Shown here: positions 9,089 to 16,684 of the stretch, piece after piece | How positions within the stretch are numbered: position 1 is the stretch's first letter | Layout of the letters: every line of letters starts with the position of its first letter | Origin: a virus | IMG/VR virus record: IMGVR_UViG_3300043621_000137 | Coordinates: 5,815 to 69,814 of that record | Length of the DNA: 64,000 bases | Direction: 5' to 3' (one strand) | Made by a program: the position numbers and the translations under genes | The notes under the pieces: generated by a model | Database searches by the model: none | The model's input: the letters and a program-made list of their open reading frames with translations, nothing else | What the model was told of the DNA's origin: nothing

Positions 9089-9335
9089 CGGCGACCGCTG
9101 GTTCGATCTCGAAGAGCTCGCCAAGTACAGCAGCCTGTCGGTGCGAACGCTACAGCGCTGGATCAAGGATCCGGAGCGCCCGCTCCCACACCACCAGGTG
9201 CAACCAGCGGGGAAGGGCCGCGGGCGCACCGTCGTCAGCCGGCACGCGTTCGATGCCTGGATGGAGCAGTTCGCCGTCAAGGCGCCAGAGGTCGGCGACG
9301 CCGACTGGGTGCGCCGCGGATTCAAGAAGCAGTAG
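9048..9335 (+). CDS. xis: Excisionase / HTH_17 protein
   Basis: WFDLEELAKYSSLSVRTLQRWI; directly upstream of the integrase. Confidence 0.8.
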   Translation: MAQDTTLPKERSDDGDRWFDLEELAKYSSLSVRTLQRWIKDPERPLPHHQVQPAGKGRGRTVVSRHAFDAWMEQFAVKAPEVGDADWVRRGFKKQ

Positions 9336-9344
9336 GGGGGTGTC

Positions 9345-10637
9345 GTGAGCGCGCCGCGGGTACCCGGGATCACGCTCCGCTTCGATCCGAAGCGCGCCGC
9401 GACCGGCCTGGGCTGGGGCGTGTTCGTCGACATCCGGCTGAACGGCAAGCGGCACAGCCCGTCGAAGTTCTTCGCGACCGAAGAGGCGGCCGAACAAGCA
9501 TATGCAAGTGCGGTGACGACGGTCGCCGAGCTGCGGGCCGACGCGGCGCGGGAGGCGGCGCTGGACACAGCGCTCGCAATCCCGCCGCTCCCTCGGGCGC
9601 CGAAGGGCACACTGCTCTTCGAGACCCTCGCGCTGCGCTGGCTGGAGGAGGCCTGCAAGCCGCCGCAGAAGACCGCCGCGACCTACATGAACTACAAGGG
9701 GCTGCTCCAGCGTCACCTACTCCCGATCATGCGGACCTGGCCGGTCAGCGACGAGGTGCTCTCGAAGAAGCGGTTGAAGGACGTCCTGAAGATCGACCTG
9801 CACGCCAAGCGCGTCAGCCTCTCGACGCGCGTCGCGTGCCAGCGTTGCCTCAGCGCGCTGTTCACCTGGGCGCTCTCAGAGCTGCCGCCCAAGCAGCTGC
9901 AGATCAACCCGGCGCTCAAGCTCGGGAGCCGGCTGCTGCGCCAGGCCGACGAGATCGACGTGCGCCTGCGTCAGGAGCCCAACCCGATGACGCGCGTGCA
10001 GGTCGAGGCGTTCCTGGCGTGGCAGCGGACCGAGCGCCCCGAGCTGTATGAGTTCTTCCTGTGGCTCGCCGACGAGGGCTCGCGTGTCGGTGAGGTCAGC
10101 GCGCTACAGTGGGCGCACGTCGATCTGGCGCGCGGCAAGGCGCACATCCTCAAGTCCTTCTCGGCCGCGCAACGGAAGTTCGAGCGGCAACAGGGCGATG
10201 AGGACGGCTGCGGCGAGAAGGATACCAAGACGCACCGCAGCGACCAGTACGTCGATCTGAGCGACCGGGTCGTCGAGACGCTGACCGCGCTGAAGTCGGC
10301 GAACCTCGAACGGTGGATGCAGCGCGGGCGCTACGGCAAGCAGGCGACGCACGTCTTCCTGAACGGCGACCTCCAGCCACGCCGCCCCGACAAGTCCGTC
10401 TACAAGGCGTTCCGCGGCGCGTGCCACGCGCTGGATCTCAAGGGCCAGACCGGCAAGCCGTTCACGATCCATTGCCTGCGCGACACCTTCGCGACGCTCG
10501 CGATCTTGGAGGGCAAGCTGGATCTCGGCTGGGTCGCGATGATGCTCGGCCACGCGACCGAGGAGACGCTCAAGGCGCACTACTACAAGTGGGTGCGGCT
10601 GGTCGCGGACAACCCGCTGGCGGGGGTCAAGCGGTGA
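9345..10637 (+). CDS. int: Tyrosine integrase
   Basis: GSRVGE (R), TKT (K), HCLRDTFAT (HxxR), LGHA (H), HYYKW (Y). Confidence 0.95.
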   Translation: MSAPRVPGITLRFDPKRAATGLGWGVFVDIRLNGKRHSPSKFFATEEAAEQAYASAVTTVAELRADAAREAALDTALAIPPLPRAPKGTLLFETLALRWLEEACKPPQKTAATYMNYKGLLQRHLLPIMRTWPVSDEVLSKKRLKDVLKIDLHAKRVSLSTRVACQRCLSALFTWALSELPPKQLQINPALKLGSRLLRQADEIDVRLRQEPNPMTRVQVEAFLAWQRTERPELYEFFLWLADEGSRVGEVSALQWAHVDLARGKAHILKSFSAAQRKFERQQGDEDGCGEKDTKTHRSDQYVDLSDRVVETLTALKSANLERWMQRGRYGKQATHVFLNGDLQPRRPDKSVYKAFRGACHALDLKGQTGKPFTIHCLRDTFATLAILEGKLDLGWVAMMLGHATEETLKAHYYKWVRLVADNPLAGVKR

Positions 10638-10649
10638 CGATGCGGAGGC

Positions 10650-10726
10650 TGGAGCCGACGGTCGGAATCGAACCGACAACCCCCGCATTACGAATGCGGT
10701 GCTCTACCTGTTTGAGCTACGTCGGC
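10650..10726 (-). tRNA. tRNA-Thr(CGT), complete with encoded CCA; probable attP core
   Basis: Acceptor stem GCCGACG/CGTCGGC, anticodon arm CCGCA-TTCGTAA-TGCGG, T-arm GTCGG-TTCGATT-CCGAC, 3' TCCA. Confidence 0.95.
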
Positions 10727-10739
10727 CTGCGTGTGGCCC

Positions 10740-10812
10740 GATCTTCCAACTCGGTTCCAACTTCCCAACTGGAAACCGCTAACTCCTTGCTTATCAATGA
10801 CTTACAAAATCG
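10740..10812. promoter_or_regulatory. Probable integrase arm-type sites of attP
   Basis: TTCCAACT x2 and CCCAACT direct repeats, plus the AT-rich TAACTCCTTGCTTATCAATGACTTA segment beside the tRNA. Confidence 0.55.
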
Positions 10813-10940
10813 CCCAGATCATTACGAAAAGGCCGGCCGATCTCCACTTTTGCTGGCCTTTTTGACGAAACCGCCCCCGCTGTCCCTTCCTGCCTGTTCC
10901 TGGCACGACATGCTAACAGCCCATTGGAAGGGAGGCCGCG

Positions 10941-11222
10941 ATGGCCCGCATCGAGGATCTCCGGAAGCTCGACGACACGCCGATCGAGCGCCAGGTGGAA
11001 GCCCTGGACGAGCCCTGCCGCACGCTGCTCGACACCATCGAGGAGCTGCTCGCAAGCGACGATCACCTCTGGGCCTACGGCACCCTCACCGGGATCCGCG
11101 AGACGGTGCGGACGACGCGCCGCGTCAGCCTCGGCCAAGAGCGCGCGATCAAGCACATCGCGCAGCGCGGGTATGCCGATGCGCGGCGGCGGTACGAGGG
11201 CTATCGGGGGCGGGGGCGCTGA
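10941..11222 (+). CDS. Hypothetical protein
   Basis: GGAGG RBS; 93 aa. Confidence 0.7.
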   Translation: MARIEDLRKLDDTPIERQVEALDEPCRTLLDTIEELLASDDHLWAYGTLTGIRETVRTTRRVSLGQERAIKHIAQRGYADARRRYEGYRGRGR

Positions 11223-11368
11223 TGGCGCGCGCCACGAAGAAGACGCCGGAGGCGCCTGAAGCGCCGCCCCCGCTCGTCTGCGCCTTCGGCACCCCGTGGC
11301 TCGATCACTTCAAGCCGCCCGTCGGCACCGGCCAGGGCTGCCCGCACTGCGACGGCTACCGGTGCTGA
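11222..11368 (+). CDS. Small Cys-containing protein
   Basis: TGATG coupling; ends CPHCDGYRC. Confidence 0.5.
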   Translation: MARATKKTPEAPEAPPPLVCAFGTPWLDHFKPPVGTGQGCPHCDGYRC

Positions 11369-11369
11369 G

Positions 11370-11843
11370 ATGACGCTCACCATCATCTCGGGCGGACAGA
11401 CTGGGGCGGACCGCACGGCGCTGGAGGTGGCGCGCGAGCTCGGGCTGCCGACCGGCGGGTGGGCGCCGCACGGCTGGCGCACCGACGCGGGCGCCGACCC
11501 GTCGCTGGCGGACTTCGGGCTGCGGGAGTGTGCCCTGCACAACTACCGCGTACGCACCCGCTGGAATGTCCGCGACGCCACGGCGACCGTGTGGTTCGGG
11601 CACATCGACACGCCCGGCGCGAGCTGCACGATCCGCGCCTGCCTCGACTACGACCGGATCCATCGCTGCAACCCCGACGCGGACGGCCTCGTCGCGTGGC
11701 TCGTCGAGCACCAGCCCCTGATCCTCAACGTCGCGGGCAACCGGCGGCGCACGAACCCCGGCATCGTCCAGCAGGTGCGCGACGTGCTGGCGCCCGCGCT
11801 CGCCCGCTACGTCGCGCTGGAGCAGGCGGGACGCTCATGCTGA
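11370..11843 (+). CDS. Circularly permuted YpsA SLOG protein ('molybdenum carrier'-like family)
   Basis: IISGGQTGADRTAL, GGWAP, YRVRTRWNVRD, LNVAGNR. Confidence 0.88.
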   Translation: MTLTIISGGQTGADRTALEVARELGLPTGGWAPHGWRTDAGADPSLADFGLRECALHNYRVRTRWNVRDATATVWFGHIDTPGASCTIRACLDYDRIHRCNPDADGLVAWLVEHQPLILNVAGNRRRTNPGIVQQVRDVLAPALARYVALEQAGRSC

Positions 11844-14800
11844 CCAAGCCTGCCGGCTGCCAGGGCTGCGCGCTACAAGAGAAGGGCCAGGGCTTCGCGC
11901 CGGCCGACGGCCCGGCCGGCAGCTGGCTCCTGCTCGTCGGCGAGGCGCTCGGCTACACCGAGGCGCTGACCGGCCGGCCGTTCATGGGCGACGCGGGCGG
12001 GATGCTGCAGCGCCTGCTCAACCTGCTCGGCTGGTCGCGGGACGCGATCCGCATCCACAACACGATCTCATGCTTCCCTGGTGACACGATCGTCGAGGCG
12101 GCTGGAGTCCAGCGTGGGTATCGGCGTTGGTATGAAGGGGACGTCGTAACGATCGAAACGCGGGCGGGCGTTCTCACCGGTACCCCGAATCACCCAGTAC
12201 TGACCCAGCAGGGCTGGATCGCGCTGGGCGAGCTGCACGGCGGTGACTATCTGGTCCGCGGTGCCCTCAGCCAGGGGATGCAGCGGAGTGATCCACACGT
12301 AGAGTACCGACCAGCCCCGTTCGCGCAGGTGTACGAGGCGTTGGCGATGGCGGGGGTCACTCGACGGGTGGTTGGCCGCACAGTGGACTTCCACGGCGAC
12401 GGGGGCAACGGCGATGTCGATGTTGTAGCCCTCCACCGGGTACTGCACGCGAGCACCGTCGATCCGAGCGACGAGTTGGCGGAAGAGCTCGTTCTCGACG
12501 CGCCCGACCGCCCACCCGTAGCACTCCTGGCTGATCGCGCGTCGTTCGACACGGTGGCGGATCTGCTCCGCGCTCTGGACGAGCCCACGCGCCGCCTCGT
12601 GGGCGGACGTTACGAGGGCCGCACGGCCCTCCACATCGAGGCGCTGCCAGCGGCTAGCCTGCGCGTCGGAGCGATTGCGGAGCTTGACCCCGGCGGCGAG
12701 CAACGTCGCGCGCAAACGCGCTTGACCTACGCCCCGCTCGACCGCGAGCGCCGCCACGCTCTCCCCCGCCCGATAGCGGCGGATCAGGTCATCAAGATCA
12801 AACGCACGCGCTACTCGGGCCACGTCTACAACCTCCAGACGACGTCGGCACAGTACCTCGCCAACGGCTTCATCGTCCATAACTGCCATCCGCCTGGCGA
12901 CTGGTTCGACGAGCGCGCGCCGTGGTACTACCGCGCGATGGCCCATTGCCCGTACCTCGAAGCGACGCTGGCCGAGCGGCACCCGGTCGTCGTGCCGATG
13001 GGCCTGACCGCGATCCGGCGCGTGCTGCACCTCGAACACAAGAAGAAGGTGCGCGTGCAGGACTTTCATGGGAGTGTGCTCCGCGACCCGACCGATCGCT
13101 TCTGGGTGGTACCGACGTATCACCCGAGCTTCCTGCAGCGCGGGGCGACCAACCTGATCGGCACGGTGCTCTGGGACCTGAAGCGGGCGGAGCAGGCGCG
13201 GGAGAGCGGCCGGCCGGCGAGTACGCACACGCTGGTGATCGACCCGCCGGTCGCCTGGTTCAAGCAGTGGGTCGATCAGGTCATCGCCGCCCGCACGCAG
13301 GACCCGGGCGCCTACCCGCTCAGCAGCGACATCGAAACGCCCGACAAGGCCGGCGGCCAGGACGAGGGCGAGATCACCGCCGACGATGTGAGCTACCAGC
13401 TCCTGCGGCATAACCTCGCGTGCCACCCGGACGAGGGCGTGACCGTGCCGCACGCGGGCCCGTACCTCGACGAGCTGAAGCGGCTGTACGCCTCGCCCGG
13501 ATGCATATGGATGTGGAACCGGGAGTACGACTTCGCGCGCCAGGTCCACGCGGGCCTGCTGCGGGAGGAGGACTCGGGCAAGGTCGTCGACCTGATGTGG
13601 CTCGCGCACTTTCTGCAGAGCGACCTGCCGCGGGGCCTGGGGTTCTGGGCGCCGTTTTATAGCGACTACGGCCCGTGGAAGCACACCGCGTCGGACGAGC
13701 CGGCGAAGTACGGCGCGGTCGACGGCTTGCAGACGCACCGAGTCGGGTTCGGCGTGGTCGGGGATCTCGTGCAGCAGGGGCAGTACTCGATGGCGCTGCG
13801 CCACACGCACACGCTGCTGAGCGAGGTGCTGCGGCCGGCGCAGCTGGTGGGGCTGAAGGTCGACCGCGCGCGGCTGATCGTGTTCAAGGACGAGCTGGCC
13901 GAGAAGGCGCGGGCGCGGCTCCAGGCGCTCCAGGCGGCCGTGCCCGAGGCGCTGCAGCCGCTCACGCCGAAGCCGGGGATGACGCGCCGGCCGGCCGCCT
14001 CGGTGCTGCATGTGAAGGCGACCGCGTTCACCCAGAAGGGCACCCTGCGGAAGGGCAAGCCCACCGCTGAGATCAAACAGGAGCTCTATGCCAAAGCCGT
14101 CGTCGTCGAACAGCTCGTCCTCCGGGAAGTCCTCGTCTGCCGTGATTGCGGCGCTGTTGAAGTGCAGCGACGACATCGATGCGCTGATCCTGCCACTGCA
14201 GCTCGTGCGGCTCACGCTCCTCGACTTGATGTCGACGTTGCGACGGTCCGCCGCTGGTTCTGGCAGGAGCCCTTCAACCCCGACTCCGTCCCCCAGGTCC
14301 TCGCCTACCTCAAGTACCGCAAGCACACGCCCGGGCGGGCGAAGAAGAGCCAGAGCGACGCCTCCACCAACCGCGAAACCCTCGAACGGCTGAGCCGCAC
14401 GACCCAGGATCCGTTCTACCAGGCGCTGCTCGACTACCGCGCCATCGGCAAGGTGAAGGGGACGTATGTGGAAGGGACCGAGAGAAGGCTGGACAGCGAG
14501 GATCGCCTGCACCCAGTGCCGACGTTCAAGCCGAGCACGATGAGGCTCTCGTACGTGAATCCAAATATTACGAACGTCGTCGCCGACAAAGGCGGTTCGG
14601 CAGGGCTGGCGGCCGGCTTCCGGAGCTGCATTGTCGCGTCGCCCGGGTGCCGGCTCCTGGAGGTGGATTTTTCGGCCATCGAAGCCGTCGAGACCGGCTG
14701 GTGCGCGCGCGATGCGGAGTACTACCGGCTAGCGAAGCTCGGCGTCCACGCCGCGCTCGTCACCCATGCGATCGGTCAGCCCTACGATCCGCAGGCGAGC

Positions 14801-15643
14801 GACGCGGAGCTGCGCGCGCTCTTCACGGCGGTGAAGAAGCGCCACCCGCAGGTCTATGAGCCGGCCAAGCGCTACATCCACGGGCGGAGCTACGGCCTGA
14901 CGGTCGCCGGGATGGTGCTGCAGTTCCCGCATCTGTTTCCGACCCAGGCGAGCGCCGAGAAGTTCGCGCGGGTGTTCGAGAAGATGGCGCCGGGCGTGGC
15001 GGCCTGGCAGACCGCGACGCAGGTGAAGGCGAGCCGCCAGCACTACCTGGGTGGGGAAGATCACCCGTTCAAGTACAAGCACTGGTTCTGGAGCGTGTAC
15101 AGCTACAAGCGGCTGACGGCCACGCAGTACTACCGGCTGGTGAAGAAGTACGCCGGGACGGGGGAGCCCCCGTGCGTGCAGATCAACGGGCAGTGGTTCC
15201 GGGTGAGCCTGGGGGAGGATGGGAAGCGGGTGCTCGCGTTCTACCCGCAGAGCATTGCGTCGGGCATTCTGAAGGAAGCGATGCTGCGGCTCTTCGCCGA
15301 CCGAGAGTCGCCGAGCTACCTCGGCGAGGTCTACTTCGGCAAGACGCCGCTCCGCGCCCCGATCCACGACTCGCTGCTCCTGGAGATTCCCGACCGGGCC
15401 TGGGACCGGACGGTCGAGATCGTGTGTCGGGAGATGCAGCGCCCGGTCATCGAGCAGCCGCTGCCGGCCAGCTGGGGGCGGGGCGACGGGGCGTGCGTGG
15501 CGATCGGCGTCGCGGCGAAGGCGGGGCACGACTGGGCGGCGATGGAAGAAATCGCCGTGCCGGGGTACGAGAGCGAGTGGGCGGCCGAAGCGGTGGAGCA
15601 CGACGATGCAGAAGATTGGGCGCATCTCCAACGCGTTATCTAA
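11837..15643 (+). CDS. polA: Family A DNA polymerase with N-terminal family-4 uracil-DNA glycosylase domain, intein-containing
   Basis: UDG: CxxC, VGEALG..E..G.PF.G.AG, TYHPSFL; exonuclease: DIET, NREYD, YGAVD; polymerase motifs DFSAIE, AKRYIHGRSYG, IHDSL. Confidence 0.93.
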   Translation: MLTKPAGCQGCALQEKGQGFAPADGPAGSWLLLVGEALGYTEALTGRPFMGDAGGMLQRLLNLLGWSRDAIRIHNTISCFPGDTIVEAAGVQRGYRRWYEGDVVTIETRAGVLTGTPNHPVLTQQGWIALGELHGGDYLVRGALSQGMQRSDPHVEYRPAPFAQVYEALAMAGVTRRVVGRTVDFHGDGGNGDVDVVALHRVLHASTVDPSDELAEELVLDAPDRPPVALLADRASFDTVADLLRALDEPTRRLVGGRYEGRTALHIEALPAASLRVGAIAELDPGGEQRRAQTRLTYAPLDRERRHALPRPIAADQVIKIKRTRYSGHVYNLQTTSAQYLANGFIVHNCHPPGDWFDERAPWYYRAMAHCPYLEATLAERHPVVVPMGLTAIRRVLHLEHKKKVRVQDFHGSVLRDPTDRFWVVPTYHPSFLQRGATNLIGTVLWDLKRAEQARESGRPASTHTLVIDPPVAWFKQWVDQVIAARTQDPGAYPLSSDIETPDKAGGQDEGEITADDVSYQLLRHNLACHPDEGVTVPHAGPYLDELKRLYASPGCIWMWNREYDFARQVHAGLLREEDSGKVVDLMWLAHFLQSDLPRGLGFWAPFYSDYGPWKHTASDEPAKYGAVDGLQTHRVGFGVVGDLVQQGQYSMALRHTHTLLSEVLRPAQLVGLKVDRARLIVFKDELAEKARARLQALQAAVPEALQPLTPKPGMTRRPAASVLHVKATAFTQKGTLRKGKPTAEIKQELYAKAVVVEQLVLREVLVCRDCGAVEVQRRHRCADPATAARAAHAPRLDVDVATVRRWFWQEPFNPDSVPQVLAYLKYRKHTPGRAKKSQSDASTNRETLERLSRTTQDPFYQALLDYRAIGKVKGTYVEGTERRLDSEDRLHPVPTFKPSTMRLSYVNPNITNVVADKGGSAGLAAGFRSCIVASPGCRLLEVDFSAIEAVETGWCARDAEYYRLAKLGVHAALVTHAIGQPYDPQASDAELRALFTAVKKRHPQVYEPAKRYIHGRSYGLTVAGMVLQFPHLFPTQASAEKFARVFEKMAPGVAAWQTATQVKASRQHYLGGEDHPFKYKHWFWSVYSYKRLTATQYYRLVKKYAGTGEPPCVQINGQWFRVSLGEDGKRVLAFYPQSIASGILKEAMLRLFADRESPSYLGEVYFGKTPLRAPIHDSLLLEIPDRAWDRTVEIVCREMQRPVIEQPLPASWGRGDGACVAIGVAAKAGHDWAAMEEIAVPGYESEWAAEAVEHDDAEDWAHLQRVI
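12068..12823 (-). CDS. Antisense intein-encoded HTH + Vsr/DUF559-like PD-(D/E)XK endonuclease (251 aa)
   Basis: GGAGG-8nt-GTG start; HTH (LIRRYRAGESVAALAVERGV); ENEL...QYPVEGYNIDIA...VAVEVH...H...LRERGWSVLYVW. Confidence 0.8.
   Translation of the reverse strand: MARVARAFDLDDLIRRYRAGESVAALAVERGVGQARLRATLLAAGVKLRNRSDAQASRWQRLDVEGRAALVTSAHEAARGLVQSAEQIRHRVERRAISQECYGWAVGRVENELFRQLVARIDGARVQYPVEGYNIDIAVAPVAVEVHCAANHPSSDPRHRQRLVHLRERGWSVLYVWITPLHPLAEGTADQIVTAVQLAQRDPALLGQYWVIRGTGENARPRFDRYDVPFIPTPIPTLDSSRLDDRVTREA
12071..12883 (+). mobile_element. Intein (271 aa) in the UDG domain
   Basis: Starts CFPGDT, block B TPNHPVLT, block F HVYNLQT, block G NGFIVHN followed by +1 Cys; removal restores NTIS-CHPP. 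Confidence 0.95.
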
Positions 15644-15842
15644 GTGGCGCGTCGGGGTGCGCGACTGGGGGCCGCGCACCTGGACCCGCCTCCGGCAGGC
15701 GTGCTGCCCCCACGCCCATCTCTACCGGGTGACGGAAGGCGGCATGCGGTACTTCCGCTGCTGCGCGTGCGGCTATCAGGTCCCCCAGCTCCGGCGCAGC
15801 CCGGAGGAGCGCGCCCAGCTGCGTGCGCGGTGGCCGCGATGA
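15606..15842 (+). CDS. Small zinc-ribbon protein (start uncertain)
   Basis: CPH...FRCCACG; ATGA overlap with the next gene. Confidence 0.45.
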   Translation: MQKIGRISNALSKWRVGVRDWGPRTWTRLRQACCPHAHLYRVTEGGMRYFRCCACGYQVPQLRRSPEERAQLRARWPR

Positions 15843-16090
15843 CGCCCGCCTGCTGCGCGTGCCTGCACTGGAAGCATCGCTACGACGACCAGTACGGCCG
15901 CGGCCGTGGGACCTGCTGGCACGAGGTGCCGTGTGTGATGACGCACGAGGACGACGACTGCGAGGCCTTTGTCGATCGGCTGGCGAACCGGGCGGAGTTC
16001 GAGGCCAGCCACGCGCGTGCTGCGCGTGATGCGCGTGATGCATATGCAACTATGCTAGGATGCTTGGATGGCAAGCAACGCACACATTGA
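15839..16090 (+). CDS. Small Cys-rich protein
   Basis: CCACLHW...GTC...DDCEAF pattern. Confidence 0.55.
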   Translation: MTPACCACLHWKHRYDDQYGRGRGTCWHEVPCVMTHEDDDCEAFVDRLANRAEFEASHARAARDARDAYATMLGCLDGKQRTH

Positions 16091-16310
16091 TACGGTCCTG
16101 AAGGAACTGGTGGAAACAGCCAACTATCTGCGCGAGACCGGCCGCCTGATGCGGGCGGCGGTCGATCACCTGATCGCAGTCGAGGAGCACTTCGAGAAGA
16201 GCAACCGCTACCTGATCCTGGTGGCTGAGCACGCCGACAAGGCGATCAACGCGGCACTGCGGGCGCAGGAGCGGGCCGAGGACGCTAGCGGGGACGCCGG
16301 TGGCCAGTAA
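16068..16310 (+). CDS. Hypothetical coiled-coil protein
   Basis: AGGA RBS; heptad-like helix. Confidence 0.6.
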   Translation: MASNAHIDTVLKELVETANYLRETGRLMRAAVDHLIAVEEHFEKSNRYLILVAEHADKAINAALRAQERAEDASGDAGGQ

Positions 16311-16488
16311 GCCGAAGGGCCGCCCCTACTCGATGGCCTACACCGCGGCCGGGACGCCGCGGCGGTATCTGCTCAGCGGCATCCCGGCGTCGCTGTGGAT
16401 CTCGTTCAGCGCGCGCGCCAAGCGCGAGCACATCGCCAAGCGGCAGGTGATCCTGCAGCTGGTGGAGGACTGGACCCGCCGGGCCTAG
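16300..16488 (+). CDS. RHH/Arc-like DNA-binding protein
   Basis: RYLLSGIPASLWISFSARAKREHIAKRQVILQLVEDW. Confidence 0.65.
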   Translation: MASKPKGRPYSMAYTAAGTPRRYLLSGIPASLWISFSARAKREHIAKRQVILQLVEDWTRRA

Positions 16489-16667
16489 CGCGACATGACG
16501 TTCGGTAGGTTGCCCGCGAAGCGCGAGAGCAGGTAGAGGACGACCACGATCAGGGCGAGCACCTGGAGGGCGGTCGCCCAGTAGGGCGGCATCGGGATCT
16601 TCGTGGTGATGAGGTAGATGAGGAAGCCGATGAGCGCGATGACGAGGACGAGGATGACCAGATCCAT
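16485..16667 (-). CDS. Two-TM small membrane protein (holin candidate)
   Basis: Two hydrophobic helices with an IPMPP turn; AAGGAG RBS; last gene of the late operon. Confidence 0.7.
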   Translation of the reverse strand: MDLVILVLVIALIGFLIYLITTKIPMPPYWATALQVLALIVVVLYLLSRFAGNLPNVMSR

Positions 16668-16684
16668 ATGCGTCTCCTTCTGAG

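Noticed and set aside
11459-11836. N-terminal extension of the 1394-aa polymerase ORF
   Set aside because: It overlaps the SLOG gene in another frame; the UDG domain starts at ATG 11837
12824-14512. Upstream part of the 814-aa antisense ORF
   Set aside because: Reads as a shadow of polA codons; only the part inside the intein has an RBS and recognisable domains
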